From Hormiphora californensis (Eukaryota; Animalia; Ctenophora), in contig CM035359.1 in NCBI GenBank assembly GCA_020137815.1, positions 2,356,001 to 2,420,000 on the forward strand: a stretch of 64,000 nucleotides of DNA, in the 5' to 3' direction. This document shows positions 63,563-64,000 of the stretch, one piece after another (within the stretch, counting starts at the first letter, position 1; the number at the start of each line of letters is the position of its first letter). The position numbers and the translations under genes are program-made. The notes under the pieces are model-generated. The model was not told where the DNA came from. It ran no database searches and worked only from the letters and a program-made list of their open reading frames with translations.

Positions 63563-64000
63563 CCTGATTCTGGATTATAATTTAAGTGTGCAGGATCAGA
63601 GCATCTGTCTGGCGGACACGGTTTTGATTCTCAAGGTGAACGTCAACGACGTCGACAGTACGTTCAAATCGGATCGGGTCAGTGTAGACAGGTTTGGTTG
63701 AAGTTCAATACATCAATATTATAATACTTGACTGTGTGTGGTTTACAAATTGAAAGGCGATGTTTTTTGTTATAGTAAACAGGTGATTATACCATCTGAA
63801 TTATATATAATTATATTCAATATATACCAACGCGCTTTCTCACTCACTTTCTCTCTGTATGGTATATATCCCAGGTCTCCGTTGTCCGGCCATCATATCA
63901 TGGCACACACATCCCTCACTGGTTCTCTAAACCCGAATATAGGCATTCAAAAAGAGAAATATCCCGTTGTGAAAGAGCGATGGAAAATGGATAGTATATT

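Noticed and set aside
63780-64000. Possible exons of a further plus-strand gene
   Set aside because: Only acceptor-like motifs are visible and there is too little sequence to support a call.

Overview
Repeat-rich animal genomic DNA with spliceosomal GT-AG introns, (GA)n tracts and many MITEs. It is probably a pleurobrachiid ctenophore: I recall the repeat translating as 'QPIRTRYLGHVTGYQPIRDQ' from Pleurobrachia gene models, but I could not verify this. Main content: (1) the 3' part of a degenerate Ty3/Gypsy LTR retrotransposon (1-5571); (2) a nested foldback/MITE cluster (5.7-9.3 kb); (3) a large minus-strand GRAMD1/Aster-like gene (GRAM + VASt + TM, stop at 10322) with many candidate upstream or alternative exons out to about 45.6 kb; (4) an internally deleted CR1-type LINE (46.4-48.1 kb); (5) an 11-exon plus-strand amyloid precursor protein (APP)-like gene (49702-60534, about 505 aa by manual splicing) whose tail motif is GYANPTC instead of GYENPTY; (6) a 5-exon gene for a secreted mucin-stalk/Cys-rich protein nested antisense in APP-like intron 6; (7) two non-autonomous Helitrons and several DNA-transposon families. 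Highlights are the divergent APP homologue, a palindrome with eight CGTGGGAA (CSL/Su(H)) sites about 560 bp upstream of it, and repeated tandem amplification of splice signals in three genes. Several stretches (about 15-16 kb, 18.4-20.3 kb, 32.7-39.9 kb) look like noisy long-read consensus, so frameshifts there may be errors. All gene models were spliced by eye.
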